44,780 bases of DNA from a virus. The DNA lies in the IMG/VR virus record IMGVR_UViG_3300045988_060029. One strand, given 5' to 3'. Numbering within the stretch: the first letter of the stretch is position 1; each line of letters opens with the position of its first letter. This document shows positions 7,804 through 18,176 of this stretch, piece after piece. Both the position numbers and the translations under genes were made by a program. The notes under the pieces are model-generated. The model did not search any database. It saw nothing but the letters and a program-made list of their open reading frames with translations, and had not been told where the DNA came from.

Positions 7804-8121
7804 ATGACTGATACTGAAAAACTGGCGGCTCTGAAAGCTATGGTCGGTGATTCTGACACGGACGAAGTGTTGTCCACCTACCTTAGATTGTCCGGCAGTA
7901 AAATTCTCGCAAAGGCGTACCCGTATGACGATACTGTGACCGAAGTTCCCGCCAAGTACGAGTACCTGCAAATCGAAATCGCCGCCTATATGCTCAACAA
8001 GCGTGGTGCGGAGGGGCAGACCTCTCACACCGAAAACGGCATTACACGACAGTATGAGAACGCGGATATTCCCGCGTCCATGCTCAAGGCGGTCACTCCA
8101 CATTGCGGGGTGATTCGATGA
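7804..8121 (+). CDS. Head-tail connector (gp6-like adaptor)
   Basis: ATG 9 nt after AGGAGG. …YLQIEIAAYMLNKRGAEGQTSHTENGI… is typical of head-tail connector proteins. Confidence 0.7.
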   Translation: MTDTEKLAALKAMVGDSDTDEVLSTYLRLSGSKILAKAYPYDDTVTEVPAKYEYLQIEIAAYMLNKRGAEGQTSHTENGITRQYENADIPASMLKAVTPHCGVIR

Positions 8122-8525
8122 GGTGCATGAACCGAAATAAGGTGAAGTTCTACTACGCTCTCTACGAGGGCAGAGAACCTATCCTTAACGAACAAGGCAG
8201 GAAAACAGGTCAGTACAAGGTCATTCACGGTAATCCAATCGAGGAACACGCCAATATTTCAGCGGCAAAGGGCGAAACACAGACACGGCAGTTTGGTGAG
8301 AATGAGTCCTATGACAAGGTAATTGTAATGGATTTCATTACGCCGCCCATTGACGAGTATTCCGTCTTGTGGGTCGATACCTTACCGATACTCAATGCGG
8401 ACGGTTCACTCAAGGTCAATGACGCAGGCGAGGTAATCACCCCTCACGATTATGTAGTGAAAAAGGTCGCAAAGAGTTTGAACAGCGTATCAATCGCCAT
8501 AAGCAAGGTGACGGTCAGTGGGTAA
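8118..8525 (+). CDS. Head closure / head-tail joining protein (by position)
   Basis: ATGA overlap with the upstream stop. Size and position fit the connector block. Confidence 0.45.
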   Translation: MRCMNRNKVKFYYALYEGREPILNEQGRKTGQYKVIHGNPIEEHANISAAKGETQTRQFGENESYDKVIVMDFITPPIDEYSVLWVDTLPILNADGSLKVNDAGEVITPHDYVVKKVAKSLNSVSIAISKVTVSG

Positions 8526-9039
8526 AAAGATTATTCGATTTGGGCTGTCTGTGCGTGACATCGACAGGGCAATGCGAGAACTGGAACAGTATAAGCAGGA
8601 TATTATCCGCAAAACCGACCTCTTGCGTGAGAAAGTTACGGAGCGGCTTGCGGAACTGTCGAGAGACGGATTTGCGGGAGCTGTCGTGGACGATTTGCTT
8701 AAAGGCGGTCAACGCACTGCACAGGTCGATGTGAGTATCGACCAACGGAGCAATATCACGCTTGTCATTGCGCGGGGTGAAGACGCGGTTTGGGTCGAGT
8801 TCGGCGCAGGTGTTCATTACAACGGCTCGGCGGGTACTTCTCCTCACCCGAAAGGGTCAGAGTTGGGGTTCACCATCGGCGGCTACGGCAAGGGTATGGG
8901 TAAGAAAGATGTGTGGGGGTTCTATGAGGACGGTAAATTACGCTTGACTCACGGCGCACCCGCTACCATGCCAATGTATAACGCCGTAAAAACCGTTTGT
9001 GATGAAATCGCAGAAATAGCGAGGGAGGTGTTTCAATGA
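8518..9039 (+). CDS. Tail-head joining protein (HK97 gp10-like, tentative)
   Basis: Position in the connector block. …VWVEFGAG… resembles the gp10-family EFG motif. Confidence 0.45.
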   Translation: MGKKIIRFGLSVRDIDRAMRELEQYKQDIIRKTDLLREKVTERLAELSRDGFAGAVVDDLLKGGQRTAQVDVSIDQRSNITLVIARGEDAVWVEFGAGVHYNGSAGTSPHPKGSELGFTIGGYGKGMGKKDVWGFYEDGKLRLTHGAPATMPMYNAVKTVCDEIAEIAREVFQ

Positions 9040-9452
9040 TTGACATGGAAGACGATATTTTTGACGAAGTATCGGAAAAGGTTTATGCGGCGTTCGAGAA
9101 GAAATGCCCCGACCTGCTCATTATGAGCGAATATGTCAAGTCACCCTCCTCGTTTCCTTTTATCTCCATCGTTGAGATAGATAATGCCACATTCCGCAAC
9201 TCTCAGACCACGGAGGGACACGAAAATCATGTGGCTGTGACCTACGAGGTTAATGTCTACTCTAATAAGACATCGGGTAAGAAAGCGGAGTGTAAGGAAC
9301 TGGCGGCGTTCATTGACGAACAGCTCTTGGAACTGAACTTCACACGGATAATGCTCGAACCTGTACCAAACCAAGACGAAGCGACCATTTATCGTATGCT
9401 CGGACGCTACCGGGCAGTAATATCCAAAAATAAAACAATTTACAGGAGGTAA
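9036..9452 (+). CDS. Tail completion/terminator-like protein (by position)
   Basis: ATGA-coupled to the upstream gene and located immediately before the major tail protein. Confidence 0.45.
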   Translation: MIDMEDDIFDEVSEKVYAAFEKKCPDLLIMSEYVKSPSSFPFISIVEIDNATFRNSQTTEGHENHVAVTYEVNVYSNKTSGKKAECKELAAFIDEQLLELNFTRIMLEPVPNQDEATIYRMLGRYRAVISKNKTIYRR

Positions 9453-9457
9453 AAATC

Positions 9458-9886
9458 ATGGCTATTTCCACCTATAAGATTTTTCTTATGAAGAAAGCAA
9501 GCACGGGCAATACCTATGAAAAGGTTATCGACATCAAGGATTTCCCCGACCTTGGCGGTGCGCCGGAAATGTTGGAGACCACTACCCTGTCTGACAAAAT
9601 GCAGACCTATATTCCCGGTATTCAGTCTCTTGACGCGCTTGAGTTCACTGCGAACTACACCAAGGAGGACTTTACCAAGCTCAAGGCTCTTGAGGGCAAG
9701 GAGGAGTCCTACGCAGTGTGGTTCGGTGGCACTGAGAGCGGCGGCGTACTGACCCCCACTGGCTCTGACGGTAAGTTCGAGTTCAAGGGTCAGCTTTCCG
9801 CGTTCCCCGTTGGCGGCGGCGTGAATGAGGTCGTTGATATGACCGTCACTATCGCACCGTCTACCCCTATCACTGTGGCAGAGTAA
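9458..9886 (+). CDS. Major tail protein
   Basis: 142 aa after a GGAGG RBS and upstream of the chaperone/TMP genes. The sequence resembles the small TP901-1/phi13-type tube proteins I recall. Confidence 0.8.
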   Translation: MAISTYKIFLMKKASTGNTYEKVIDIKDFPDLGGAPEMLETTTLSDKMQTYIPGIQSLDALEFTANYTKEDFTKLKALEGKEESYAVWFGGTESGGVLTPTGSDGKFEFKGQLSAFPVGGGVNEVVDMTVTIAPSTPITVAE

Positions 9887-9910
9887 AAGAAAATTTAGGA
9901 GGACAGAACA

Positions 9911-10240
9911 ATGAGTAAACAGTTGACTTTCACTTTCGAGGATAAGGAATACACCCTCGAATACACCCGCAGAACCGTTGCAGAAATGGAGAAAAAGGGC
10001 TTTATCGCGTCCGAAATCACCGAAAAGCCCATGAGTACCCTCCCGGCACTGTTCGCAGGTGCGTTCCTTGCTCACCATCGTTTTGTGAAGCAGGACACCA
10101 TCGACACAATCTATTCTAAGCTCACCAAGAAAGAGGAGCTTATCGGTAAGTTGGCAGAAATGTATAACGAGCCGATTATGACCCTCGTTGAAGAACCCGA
10201 AGAAAGCAAGGGAAACTTGAACTGGACAGCGACTTGGTGA
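9911..10240 (+). CDS. Tail assembly chaperone (gpG analogue)
   Basis: 109 aa between the tube and TMP genes, with an acidic C-terminus and a slippery heptamer near its 3' end. Confidence 0.8.
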   Translation: MSKQLTFTFEDKEYTLEYTRRTVAEMEKKGFIASEITEKPMSTLPALFAGAFLAHHRFVKQDTIDTIYSKLTKKEELIGKLAEMYNEPIMTLVEEPEESKGNLNWTATW

Positions 10241-10677
10241 GTGACCCGCTGTCCTCCACTGAGGGGAGTGGTGGTGTTACTGCCACTGCTCCCCTCCACT
10301 CTTACGGAGAGAAATTTGAGGAGCTTTTTCCGTATTACCTGTCTCTCGGCATGACCGAAGAACAGTATTGGGACAAAGATTGCCGACTGGTGATTTTTTA
10401 TCGGAAAGCGGAAGAACTCCGAACGAGCAGAAAAAACCAAGAAATGTGGTTACAGGGTGCGTATTTCTACGAAGCTCTGTCCCGTGTGTCACCTCTGCTC
10501 CATGCTTTTGCCAAAAAGGGTACAAAACCTGCTCCGTACTTGGCAGAACCGTTTGCTATTACGGAAAAACAGGCTGAGTATCGGCAGGAAGAAAAGGACA
10601 AGAAAACCTATGATAAGGGCAAAGCACTTATCGAGGGCTTTATGGCGAAGCATAACAAGAAATTTGAAGGGAAGTGA
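9911..10677 (+). CDS. Tail assembly chaperone G-T fusion (via -1 frameshift at 10210-10216)
   Basis: Canonical G/GT arrangement upstream of the tape measure gene. The -1 ORF (track 10234..10677) has no RBS of its own. Confidence 0.65.
10210..10216 (+). promoter_or_regulatory. -1 programmed frameshift slippery heptamer G GGA AAC
   Basis: In the zero frame the codons are GGA (10211-13) and AAC (10214-16), preceded by G. The -1 frame is open from 10192 to 10677. Confidence 0.7.
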
Positions 10678-13600
10678 GAACCGTGTCTACTACAATCGAA
10701 CAGTTAGAACTTGAGGTACAATCGAGTGCTACCTCGGCAGTGGCACAATTAGACGCGCTTGCTTCTTCTTTGGGTAAAGTAAAATCCGCTACCAAAGGTG
10801 GAGTTGGTCTTACCGCTGTGGCAAAACAGCTTACTACGCTGAATACCGCACTGAATAGTATCAGCTCCACCAACGCGGATAATCTGAATAAGATGGCACA
10901 GGGCTTACAGGCACTTTCCTCTTGCGGAAACCTCAAGCTCTCGTCTTCTGTAGCTAATCAGATTTCCAACCTTGGGACAGCGGTACGGTCTCTGAATGGG
11001 ACTGATTTTTCCTCGCTCGGACGGCTTGCGGACGCGCTTACTCCGCTTTCCACAATCGGCAAGTCGAACCTCAACAGCTTTATCTCTCAGCTACAGCGAT
11101 TGCCGCAAGCGGTACAGGGTCTTAACGGTGTGGACATCGGCGGGTTGGGAACGCAGATTTCTGAACTGGTATCTGCTCTTTCCCCACTTTCTCAGATGGG
11201 TAAGAACAACCTTACCTCGTTTGTGACTCAGCTTGGCAAAATCCCCGCTCTCATGCAGTCTCTAAAGACGGTAAACATCGGGGAACTTGCGTCACAGGTT
11301 CAACAGTTGGCAGACGCTTTCGCTCCTCTCGCTACGCAAATGCAAGCCATTTCGAGCGGGTTTGCGGCGTTTCCGGCGAGAATCCAAAAGCTGATTACCA
11401 GTACAAACAATCTGTCGAAGTCGAACGACAGAGCGTCCACAAGCTATGTGAACCTCGCCGCAAAAATCGGTATTGCTATCGTAGCAGTAAAAAAAGCGGC
11501 TTCCGTATTGGCAGGATTTATCAATAAGTCCAACCAGTATGTTGAAGATTTGAACCTGTTCACCGCGTCTATGGGCGAGTACGCAAGCGCGGCGCAGGAG
11601 TACGCAGAGCGTGTCAGTGAAATCGTTGGTATCGACCCCGCCGAATGGTTGCGAAACCAAGGTGTATTTATGACGATTACCAAGGGTTTCGGTGTGGTAA
11701 GCGATAGAGCGTACACGATGAGTCGAAACTTGACTCAGCTTGGATATGACATTTCCTCGTTCTTTAACATTCCGTTCGAGGAAGCGTTCCAAAAGTTACA
11801 GTCGGGTATCGCGGGTGAGCTTGAACCGCTCCGTAGACTCGGCTATGACCTGTCTGTGGCTCGTCTACAGCAGGAAGCATACACCCTCGGTATTGAGAAG
11901 AAAGTCTCGGCTATGACACAGGCTGAGAAAGCGGAGTTGCGTTACTACGCGATTATGACGCAGGTAACAACCGCGCAGGGCGATATGGCGAGAACGCTGA
12001 ACGCTCCCGCAAACCAACTCCGCGTCCTGCAAGCACAGGTTACTCAGTGCGCCCGTGCAATCGGTAATATCTTTATTCCTGCTCTGAACGCTATCCTGCC
12101 GTATGCGATTGCCGTAGCAAAGGTTATTCGACTTATTGCGAACGCTATCGCAAGCCTGTTTGGGTTTGCTCTGCCGGAAATTGATTACAGCGGTATCGGC
12201 GCAACTGTCGGTGGAGTCGCTGACAGTACACAGGACATCGGAGACGGTCTTGGTGACGCTACCAAAAAGGCGAAAGAGCTGAAAAACGCTCTGCTCGGTA
12301 TTGATGAACTGAACATCATCTCTCCTCCCGAAGATACAAGCGGGAGCGGTGCAGGTGGTATCGGTGACATCGGAGGTGGAGGTCTTGGCTTTGACCTGCC
12401 GACCTATGATTTCCTCGATGGCGCAATCAGCTCTAAGGTTGATGAGATTGTTCAGAAGATGAAAGAATGGCTCGGTCTGAACAAGGAAATCGACTCGTGG
12501 GCTGACCTGTTCGATACCCGTCTTGGAAAAATCCTGTTGACGGTGGGTGCTATCGGTGCGGGTCTTGCGGCGTGGAAAATCGCAAAGAGCGTTGCCGATT
12601 TCGTGAAATATATCACCTCGTTCAAGGGATTCGGCGCAGGTTGGGCGGGACTCGGCGCACTTGGGCTGTTGTCCGACCTTAATGAGTTCATCGGGTATTT
12701 CCAAGACTTCCTTGAGAACGGCGCAACATTCCAAAATGTTGTCGGTATGATTAGTGAGTTCACGGGTGCAATCGGTGACTGCTTGATTATCCTCGGCAAT
12801 CTCAAGATTGGCGGTGCGCTCAAGGTCGTACAGGGTATTGGTGAGATTGCTGTTGCAATCAAGGACATTTCCGAAAGCGGTGTAAATTGGGAAAACGCCA
12901 ATACCGCTATCAGAGGTCTCACCAACATTGCAATCGGTATCGGCGTGTTCACGGGCAACCTCAAAGTGGCGGCATGGGGACTGGCTATTCAAGGCTTCAC
13001 CTCCATCATCACAGAGATTGGCGCGAATTGGGACGCTATCAAGCAAGGCGATTGGAGCGGCGTAGATAAGGTGACGCTGATTATCGGCGCACTGGAAGTC
13101 CTCGGCGGTCTCGCTATGGCATTAGATGTGTTCTCTAAGCTCAAGGAGGTCGCTACCATCGGTAAGGCTTCCGAAGCGGTCACGACCGTTGCAACGGCAA
13201 CAGAAACTCTCGATACCACGGTCAGCACGAAGTTGTCCCCAAACCTCACCTCTCTCGCAAAGAACCTCGGCTTGGGTATCGTAATTGTCGCGGAAGTCGC
13301 GGCGGCGGCACTCCTCATCACGGGTGCAATCATTCTACTCGGTGAGGGATTAGCGCAGGTCGGTGAGTCGTGGCAACCTGTTATCAATAATGGCGGCACG
13401 GTCTTAGCGGCTATGGGTATTGGTATCGGTATCTTAGCGGTTGTCGGTATTGTGACTGCTTTGCTTGGTTCTGTCGGTACACCGCTCATCGTGAACATTG
13501 CTCTCGGTACTGCAATTCTCGCAGAGTTGGGTATCGCAACGGGGCTGTTTCTCGTGGAGATTTGGGCTATCGGTAAGGGCTTGGACGAAATCGGGCAAGC

Positions 13601-15119
13601 ATGGCAACCTGTTCTTGACAACGGGGAAACCATTGCAACGGCTATCGGTCTCGGTACGGCTCTGCTTGTCGGTATCGGCGTAGTGACTGCCGCTCTTGGC
13701 GCGGCTACGGTTGCAAGTGCGGGTCTGCTCCCGTTGGCTATCGGTCTCGGTACGGCTTTGCTTGTCGAACTGGCGGCGGCGTTCATCATATTTACGGAGA
13801 GTCTGATAGCGGTAGCCAATGAGCTTGGTGACAACCTCGCTCCCGCGCTCGACAGACTCAATGACAAGCTCCCGACCCTTTCCACCAACATGAGCGAGTT
13901 CGTAGACTTTATGACGGATTTCGCAGGTGAGGTCGTTCGGTACACAGAGGTTTCGGCTATTGCCGGACTGAGCGCAACCATTGACACCATCATCGGTTGG
14001 TTTACGCAAGACCCTGTTGAGAAACTGGCAGACGATGTAGAGAACATTTACAACCAAACCACTACCCTCAACGAAAAGCTGAACTTGGCTGTACCCGAAC
14101 TGAAAACGGCAATCGACCTGCTCAAGCAGTATAAGGGCTTCCTTACCGAAATGGAAACGCTCTGCAACAGTAATGTTGAGCTGTCCACGGGTATGTTCGT
14201 GAACATGAAAGAGGTCGGTCAGAAGCTCGTGACGGGATTTGTGGACGGTATCAAGTCCAAGTCCTCTGACTTCTCCAATGCGGCGAAAACACTGGTGGAC
14301 GGGTTCAAGAACTCGCTGAACACCAACGCCGCAACCTGCAAGTCGAGCTTCATTTCTTGGGCTTCCAACCTCAAGAACTGGTTTACCTCCGCGTCCTTTG
14401 GTGCAATCAACCGAACAACATTCGGCAACTACGCCAAGGATATTGTGAGCGGTTTCAACAACGGTATCACCAATAACTACGCTACGGCTAAGAGCGGTAT
14501 GGTATCGTTTGCGAATACCGTGAAGAACGCTTTTACGGAAATTGTCTCTTACAAGGTGTTCTATGACATTGCAAAAGATGTTATCAGCGGTTTCAACAAC
14601 GGTATCAACGATTTCTACGATACGACTCGACCGTATATGCGGCGTTGGGCGAATGACGCGGCGGCGGCATACAAAGCGGCGTTGGACTCCAACTCCCCGT
14701 CCAAGCGGTTTATGCGTATCGGTGAGGACACTGTTCTCGGCTACAACCTCGGTATCGCCAACCTCGGCGGCACGACAAAGGGCGTTGTGACGGATTGGGC
14801 GAACTCGTTTACAAGCGTAAACCCGACCATGAGCTTTGCCGTAGACACCTCCGCTCTGAAATACTACAGCAGTGATTCGTTCGCACAGTCTGTTTCCGCT
14901 GATGTGGCGGCGCACAGCACGGTTACTGCAACGGGCTTCAAGGAGGGAATGGAGGAGTTCTACAGAGAGTATATCGAACCTACCCTGTCGCAGATGGCAG
15001 ACGATATGCGTAGGCAAGCCGACAAGCAAGAACAGACCGTTGTTCAGATTGGCAACCGTGTTGTCAATGACGCGGTTACTACTCAGAAAAAAGCCAACGG
15101 CTATGTATTCGCACGATAA
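10674..15119 (+). CDS. Tape measure protein (1481 aa)
   Basis: GTGA coupling to the chaperone stop. Helical N-terminal ~40-aa repeats, a long Gly/Ala/Ile hydrophobic central block with a ~77-aa duplication (…WQPV…NG.T…), and C-terminal …SGFNNGI… repeats. Confidence 0.92.
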   Translation: MRTVSTTIEQLELEVQSSATSAVAQLDALASSLGKVKSATKGGVGLTAVAKQLTTLNTALNSISSTNADNLNKMAQGLQALSSCGNLKLSSSVANQISNLGTAVRSLNGTDFSSLGRLADALTPLSTIGKSNLNSFISQLQRLPQAVQGLNGVDIGGLGTQISELVSALSPLSQMGKNNLTSFVTQLGKIPALMQSLKTVNIGELASQVQQLADAFAPLATQMQAISSGFAAFPARIQKLITSTNNLSKSNDRASTSYVNLAAKIGIAIVAVKKAASVLAGFINKSNQYVEDLNLFTASMGEYASAAQEYAERVSEIVGIDPAEWLRNQGVFMTITKGFGVVSDRAYTMSRNLTQLGYDISSFFNIPFEEAFQKLQSGIAGELEPLRRLGYDLSVARLQQEAYTLGIEKKVSAMTQAEKAELRYYAIMTQVTTAQGDMARTLNAPANQLRVLQAQVTQCARAIGNIFIPALNAILPYAIAVAKVIRLIANAIASLFGFALPEIDYSGIGATVGGVADSTQDIGDGLGDATKKAKELKNALLGIDELNIISPPEDTSGSGAGGIGDIGGGGLGFDLPTYDFLDGAISSKVDEIVQKMKEWLGLNKEIDSWADLFDTRLGKILLTVGAIGAGLAAWKIAKSVADFVKYITSFKGFGAGWAGLGALGLLSDLNEFIGYFQDFLENGATFQNVVGMISEFTGAIGDCLIILGNLKIGGALKVVQGIGEIAVAIKDISESGVNWENANTAIRGLTNIAIGIGVFTGNLKVAAWGLAIQGFTSIITEIGANWDAIKQGDWSGVDKVTLIIGALEVLGGLAMALDVFSKLKEVATIGKASEAVTTVATATETLDTTVSTKLSPNLTSLAKNLGLGIVIVAEVAAAALLITGAIILLGEGLAQVGESWQPVINNGGTVLAAMGIGIGILAVVGIVTALLGSVGTPLIVNIALGTAILAELGIATGLFLVEIWAIGKGLDEIGQAWQPVLDNGETIATAIGLGTALLVGIGVVTAALGAATVASAGLLPLAIGLGTALLVELAAAFIIFTESLIAVANELGDNLAPALDRLNDKLPTLSTNMSEFVDFMTDFAGEVVRYTEVSAIAGLSATIDTIIGWFTQDPVEKLADDVENIYNQTTTLNEKLNLAVPELKTAIDLLKQYKGFLTEMETLCNSNVELSTGMFVNMKEVGQKLVTGFVDGIKSKSSDFSNAAKTLVDGFKNSLNTNAATCKSSFISWASNLKNWFTSASFGAINRTTFGNYAKDIVSGFNNGITNNYATAKSGMVSFANTVKNAFTEIVSYKVFYDIAKDVISGFNNGINDFYDTTRPYMRRWANDAAAAYKAALDSNSPSKRFMRIGEDTVLGYNLGIANLGGTTKGVVTDWANSFTSVNPTMSFAVDTSALKYYSSDSFAQSVSADVAAHSTVTATGFKEGMEEFYREYIEPTLSQMADDMRRQADKQEQTVVQIGNRVVNDAVTTQKKANGYVFAR

Positions 15120-15132
15120 GGAGGGGGTAAGA

Positions 15133-15504
15133 ATGGCTTATTTGGCAATCAACGGTTATGAGCTACCTCCTCCGAAGCGAGGAGTACGCCCCACGGTGAC
15201 TACCGTAGTGGACGCGGGTAGAAACGCCAACGGCTCAGTAGTCGGTCAGCGCGTGGGTCGAGACCAGTACAAGATTGACAGTCTTGAATGGTCTTGGCTC
15301 ACCGCCGACCAATGGGCGCAGATATTAAATGTATTGAGTCACTTTTTCGTATATGTGACTTTCACTGACCCCGTGTCGAACTCCCTCAAGACTATCAAAA
15401 TGTACTGTGGTGATAGAACCGCAGAACCTTATTGGGTCGATGAAAACGGGAAACCGACACACTACAGAAATTGCAAGGTAAATCTGATTGACTGCGGAGA
15501 GTAA
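15133..15504 (+). CDS. Small tail component (123 aa; occupies the distal-tail-protein position)
   Basis: Internal ATG of track ORF 14872..15504 after AAGGAGGGGG, directly downstream of the TMP gene. Confidence 0.5.
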   Translation: MAYLAINGYELPPPKRGVRPTVTTVVDAGRNANGSVVGQRVGRDQYKIDSLEWSWLTADQWAQILNVLSHFFVYVTFTDPVSNSLKTIKMYCGDRTAEPYWVDENGKPTHYRNCKVNLIDCGE

Positions 15505-15516
15505 GGAGGGGATTTT

Positions 15517-17739
15517 GTGCAAAAGGTTTCAAAAGCATATAAAGAGAGCATGAAATCCTCTCTCCGCGAGAGAGCGTATATTATGATTTCGTTCGGTCTG
15601 CTCAATCAAGAAGCACAGGCAAAAGCAAAGGTTGAGCAGGGTGATTTCACCTACTACTCCAACTCCGCAAATATCCTGTCCGAAAAGACCGATGATACCA
15701 TCTACGCTACCCTTGAGGAGAATTTCACCAAAGTTGACGGGACGATGTTCTTCCTCCCACGGCAGAACGCTTCCAACGCTTACCTTGACACAGGCATTAT
15801 CAGCGACAAGCTCCTTACGCAAGCACAGTTCGAGCTTACAATCAATCTCAATGTTCCCGCTACGGATTTCAAGGGTATTACTATCAATTTCGGTGAGAAT
15901 TACCCTGTGAATTTCGATTTGATGAGCAGTAGCGGACAGGTTGTCGAGTTTCGCAATAATACGGAGGGGCTGTTCAGCACCGAAGAAGTGTTGACAAATA
16001 CGACCTCGGTGAAACTGGTCGTTTACAGTATGAAGAATCCCCATAGTCGGGTGCGTATCTACTCTATCCGATTCGGTTACGGTCTCGCGTACTACAATGA
16101 TTCCGTAATGGCTTCTTCCCTTGAGAGCTATGTCTCGCCCATCGGGGCAGATGTGCCGCAGATTGATTTCTCTGTACAGCTCAAGAACTACGACCACTAC
16201 TTTAATGTAGATAACCCGAAATCCGCTATCAACTTCCTTGAAACAGGACAGGAAATGGAAATCTACTACGGCTATCAGCTCCCTACGGGAGAGGTCGAAT
16301 GGATTCGCGGAAACCGCCTGTTGTGTTCGGAGTGGGAGTCGGACGATTACACCGCCACTATCCGCTGTCAAGATGTGTTCCGCAGTATGGACGCGGAGTT
16401 CTACAGAGGACTGTACCGCAGTGCAGGTAAGAGCTATTACGATTTGGCTCTTGAGGTACTGGCTGACGCAGGACTGACCGATTACTATATCGACCCGCAG
16501 TTGAAAAATCTGAAAAGCAAAAACCCCATTCCTCGCGTTCAGCACAAGGAAGCGTTGCAGATTATCGCAAACGCCTGTCGGTGTGTTCTATCACAAACCC
16601 GTATGGGCGGTATTCAGATTAAGTCCAACTTCATTCCCGAAGCGGCGGCAAGCGCAAACGCGGAAGCTACCTATTCCAATGTCGAAAAGATTATGGACGG
16701 TACTGCGAAAGACGAGTACGCCACCTTTGCTCAGAACTATACCACGGCAGACGGTAAGATGTTCTTCTTACCCCGCAATTTTGGAAATGCTACGCTGAAT
16801 ACAGGTTTTGTGTCAGCGGTGCAGTCTAAAGCGGACGGAACATTCACCACCAACCCCGTTGTTACGCTTACACAAGAAGTTGCGTGTATGTACTACGGTG
16901 TAAAACTGGTATTCGGACACTCGATTCCGGCAGCTTTTACAATCCGAACCTACAATGACGGGACGCTCGTAACGGAGTACGAGGTCGGGGCTGACGAAAT
17001 CAGTAAGAACACGGTCATTCACACGGACTTTGACGATTTCGATGTTATGAAAATCGAGTTCACAAAGACCGCCGAACCCTATAGCCGTATCGTGCTGAAT
17101 AATTTCAGCTTTGGTGATATTACGGATTTCACTATGACCCGCACAGATATGACCTCCTCCCCGAAAGCTATCAAGCAGGAGCTTGTCAAGGAGATAATTG
17201 TTCCTTGCTACAGCTATCAGACGGGCAATCAGCAAGAAAATCTTGTCAGCGAAGAAGTCACGGTCGCGGCGGGTGATGTGGAGACTTTTTTCGTGGGAGA
17301 ACCCTCCTACGGCTTTTCTGCCGCACTGGAAAATCAGTCGGGCGGTGTTTCCATTTTGGAGTCGGGCAACTACTACATCACCGTCAAGTTTACAGTGACA
17401 GGTACTTACCGCTTGGAGATTTCCGGCTACCGCTACAAAATTGTAGAGCGTTATGCAACAAAAACGCTCAATAATCGAGGAAAGACAATCAAGTGGGAAA
17501 ACCCTCTTATTTCCGATATGGGAATGGCGCAAGACCTCGCAGACTGGCTCGGTGACTATTATCAGTCCGGCATCGAGTATGAGTACGACACTCGCGGCAA
17601 TCCCGAAATTGATGTGAACGATATTGTTTACCAAGAGAACGAGTTCCAGTCTGATATGAAAGTAAACATCTACCGCCACACCATCATTTTCAATCAGAGC
17701 TTTGCGGGTAAGGTCACGGCTCGTAGAACAGGAGGTTAG
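15517..17739 (+). CDS. Tail tip/baseplate protein (740 aa) with an internal duplication
   Basis: Position after TMP. Two related segments: …ATLEENFTKVDGTMFFLPRQNASNAYLDTG… and …ATFAQNYTTADGKMFFLPRNFGNATLNTG…. Confidence 0.55.
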   Translation: MQKVSKAYKESMKSSLRERAYIMISFGLLNQEAQAKAKVEQGDFTYYSNSANILSEKTDDTIYATLEENFTKVDGTMFFLPRQNASNAYLDTGIISDKLLTQAQFELTINLNVPATDFKGITINFGENYPVNFDLMSSSGQVVEFRNNTEGLFSTEEVLTNTTSVKLVVYSMKNPHSRVRIYSIRFGYGLAYYNDSVMASSLESYVSPIGADVPQIDFSVQLKNYDHYFNVDNPKSAINFLETGQEMEIYYGYQLPTGEVEWIRGNRLLCSEWESDDYTATIRCQDVFRSMDAEFYRGLYRSAGKSYYDLALEVLADAGLTDYYIDPQLKNLKSKNPIPRVQHKEALQIIANACRCVLSQTRMGGIQIKSNFIPEAAASANAEATYSNVEKIMDGTAKDEYATFAQNYTTADGKMFFLPRNFGNATLNTGFVSAVQSKADGTFTTNPVVTLTQEVACMYYGVKLVFGHSIPAAFTIRTYNDGTLVTEYEVGADEISKNTVIHTDFDDFDVMKIEFTKTAEPYSRIVLNNFSFGDITDFTMTRTDMTSSPKAIKQELVKEIIVPCYSYQTGNQQENLVSEEVTVAAGDVETFFVGEPSYGFSAALENQSGGVSILESGNYYITVKFTVTGTYRLEISGYRYKIVERYATKTLNNRGKTIKWENPLISDMGMAQDLADWLGDYYQSGIEYEYDTRGNPEIDVNDIVYQENEFQSDMKVNIYRHTIIFNQSFAGKVTARRTGG

Positions 17740-17741
17740 TT

Positions 17742-18176
17742 ATGGCTTGGACAACGCCTAAAACAGACTGGTACGGTGTAACGAACCCCTCCGATGGGGT
17801 ATATACGGGAGACAGGTTCAACGCGGTCGATTTCAACCGTATCAAGAACAACCTCACCTATCTGCGTGAGTTGGCTCTCAAGATGTACGATGAGTTCTCT
17901 ATCGTCTCCCTCGGTGCTGACCGTACCTATTCGGATTACTTCTATGCTGATGAAATCAATCAGCTTGAGGAAAATCTGAAAACCATCAACAGCAAAACTC
18001 TCAAGAGGTCGTATGGCAACCCTCCGACCTATGTAGCAAACGGCAACACAATGGATTTTGCAGAGCTGAATCGGTTGGAACGCGCCATACTTGACCTCTA
18101 CGACAGACTCACCAATGAGTCTGAGGGGAGAAGAATGTTCACTTGGAATTTTGGAATGAGAGGAGGAGACCTGTAA
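17742..18176 (+). CDS. Tail-fibre-module protein (144 aa)
   Basis: Tightly packed after the baseplate gene. The MAWTTPKTDW… N-terminus is recalled from prophage fibre modules. Confidence 0.5.
   Translation: MAWTTPKTDWYGVTNPSDGVYTGDRFNAVDFNRIKNNLTYLRELALKMYDEFSIVSLGADRTYSDYFYADEINQLEENLKTINSKTLKRSYGNPPTYVANGNTMDFAELNRLERAILDLYDRLTNESEGRRMFTWNFGMRGGDL

Noticed and set aside
11865-15029. Three long minus-strand ORFs (11865-13046, 12989-14047, 13434-15029; 352-531 aa)
   Set aside because: They lie antisense to the tape measure gene, whose frame is supported by synteny, coupling to the chaperone and protein-level repeats. The antisense products are low-complexity and lack RBSs.
15529-17679. Minus-strand ORFs 15529-16545 and 16813-17679
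   Set aside because: They are shadow ORFs opposite the 740-aa tail protein. All neighbouring genes are on the + strand and are translationally coupled.
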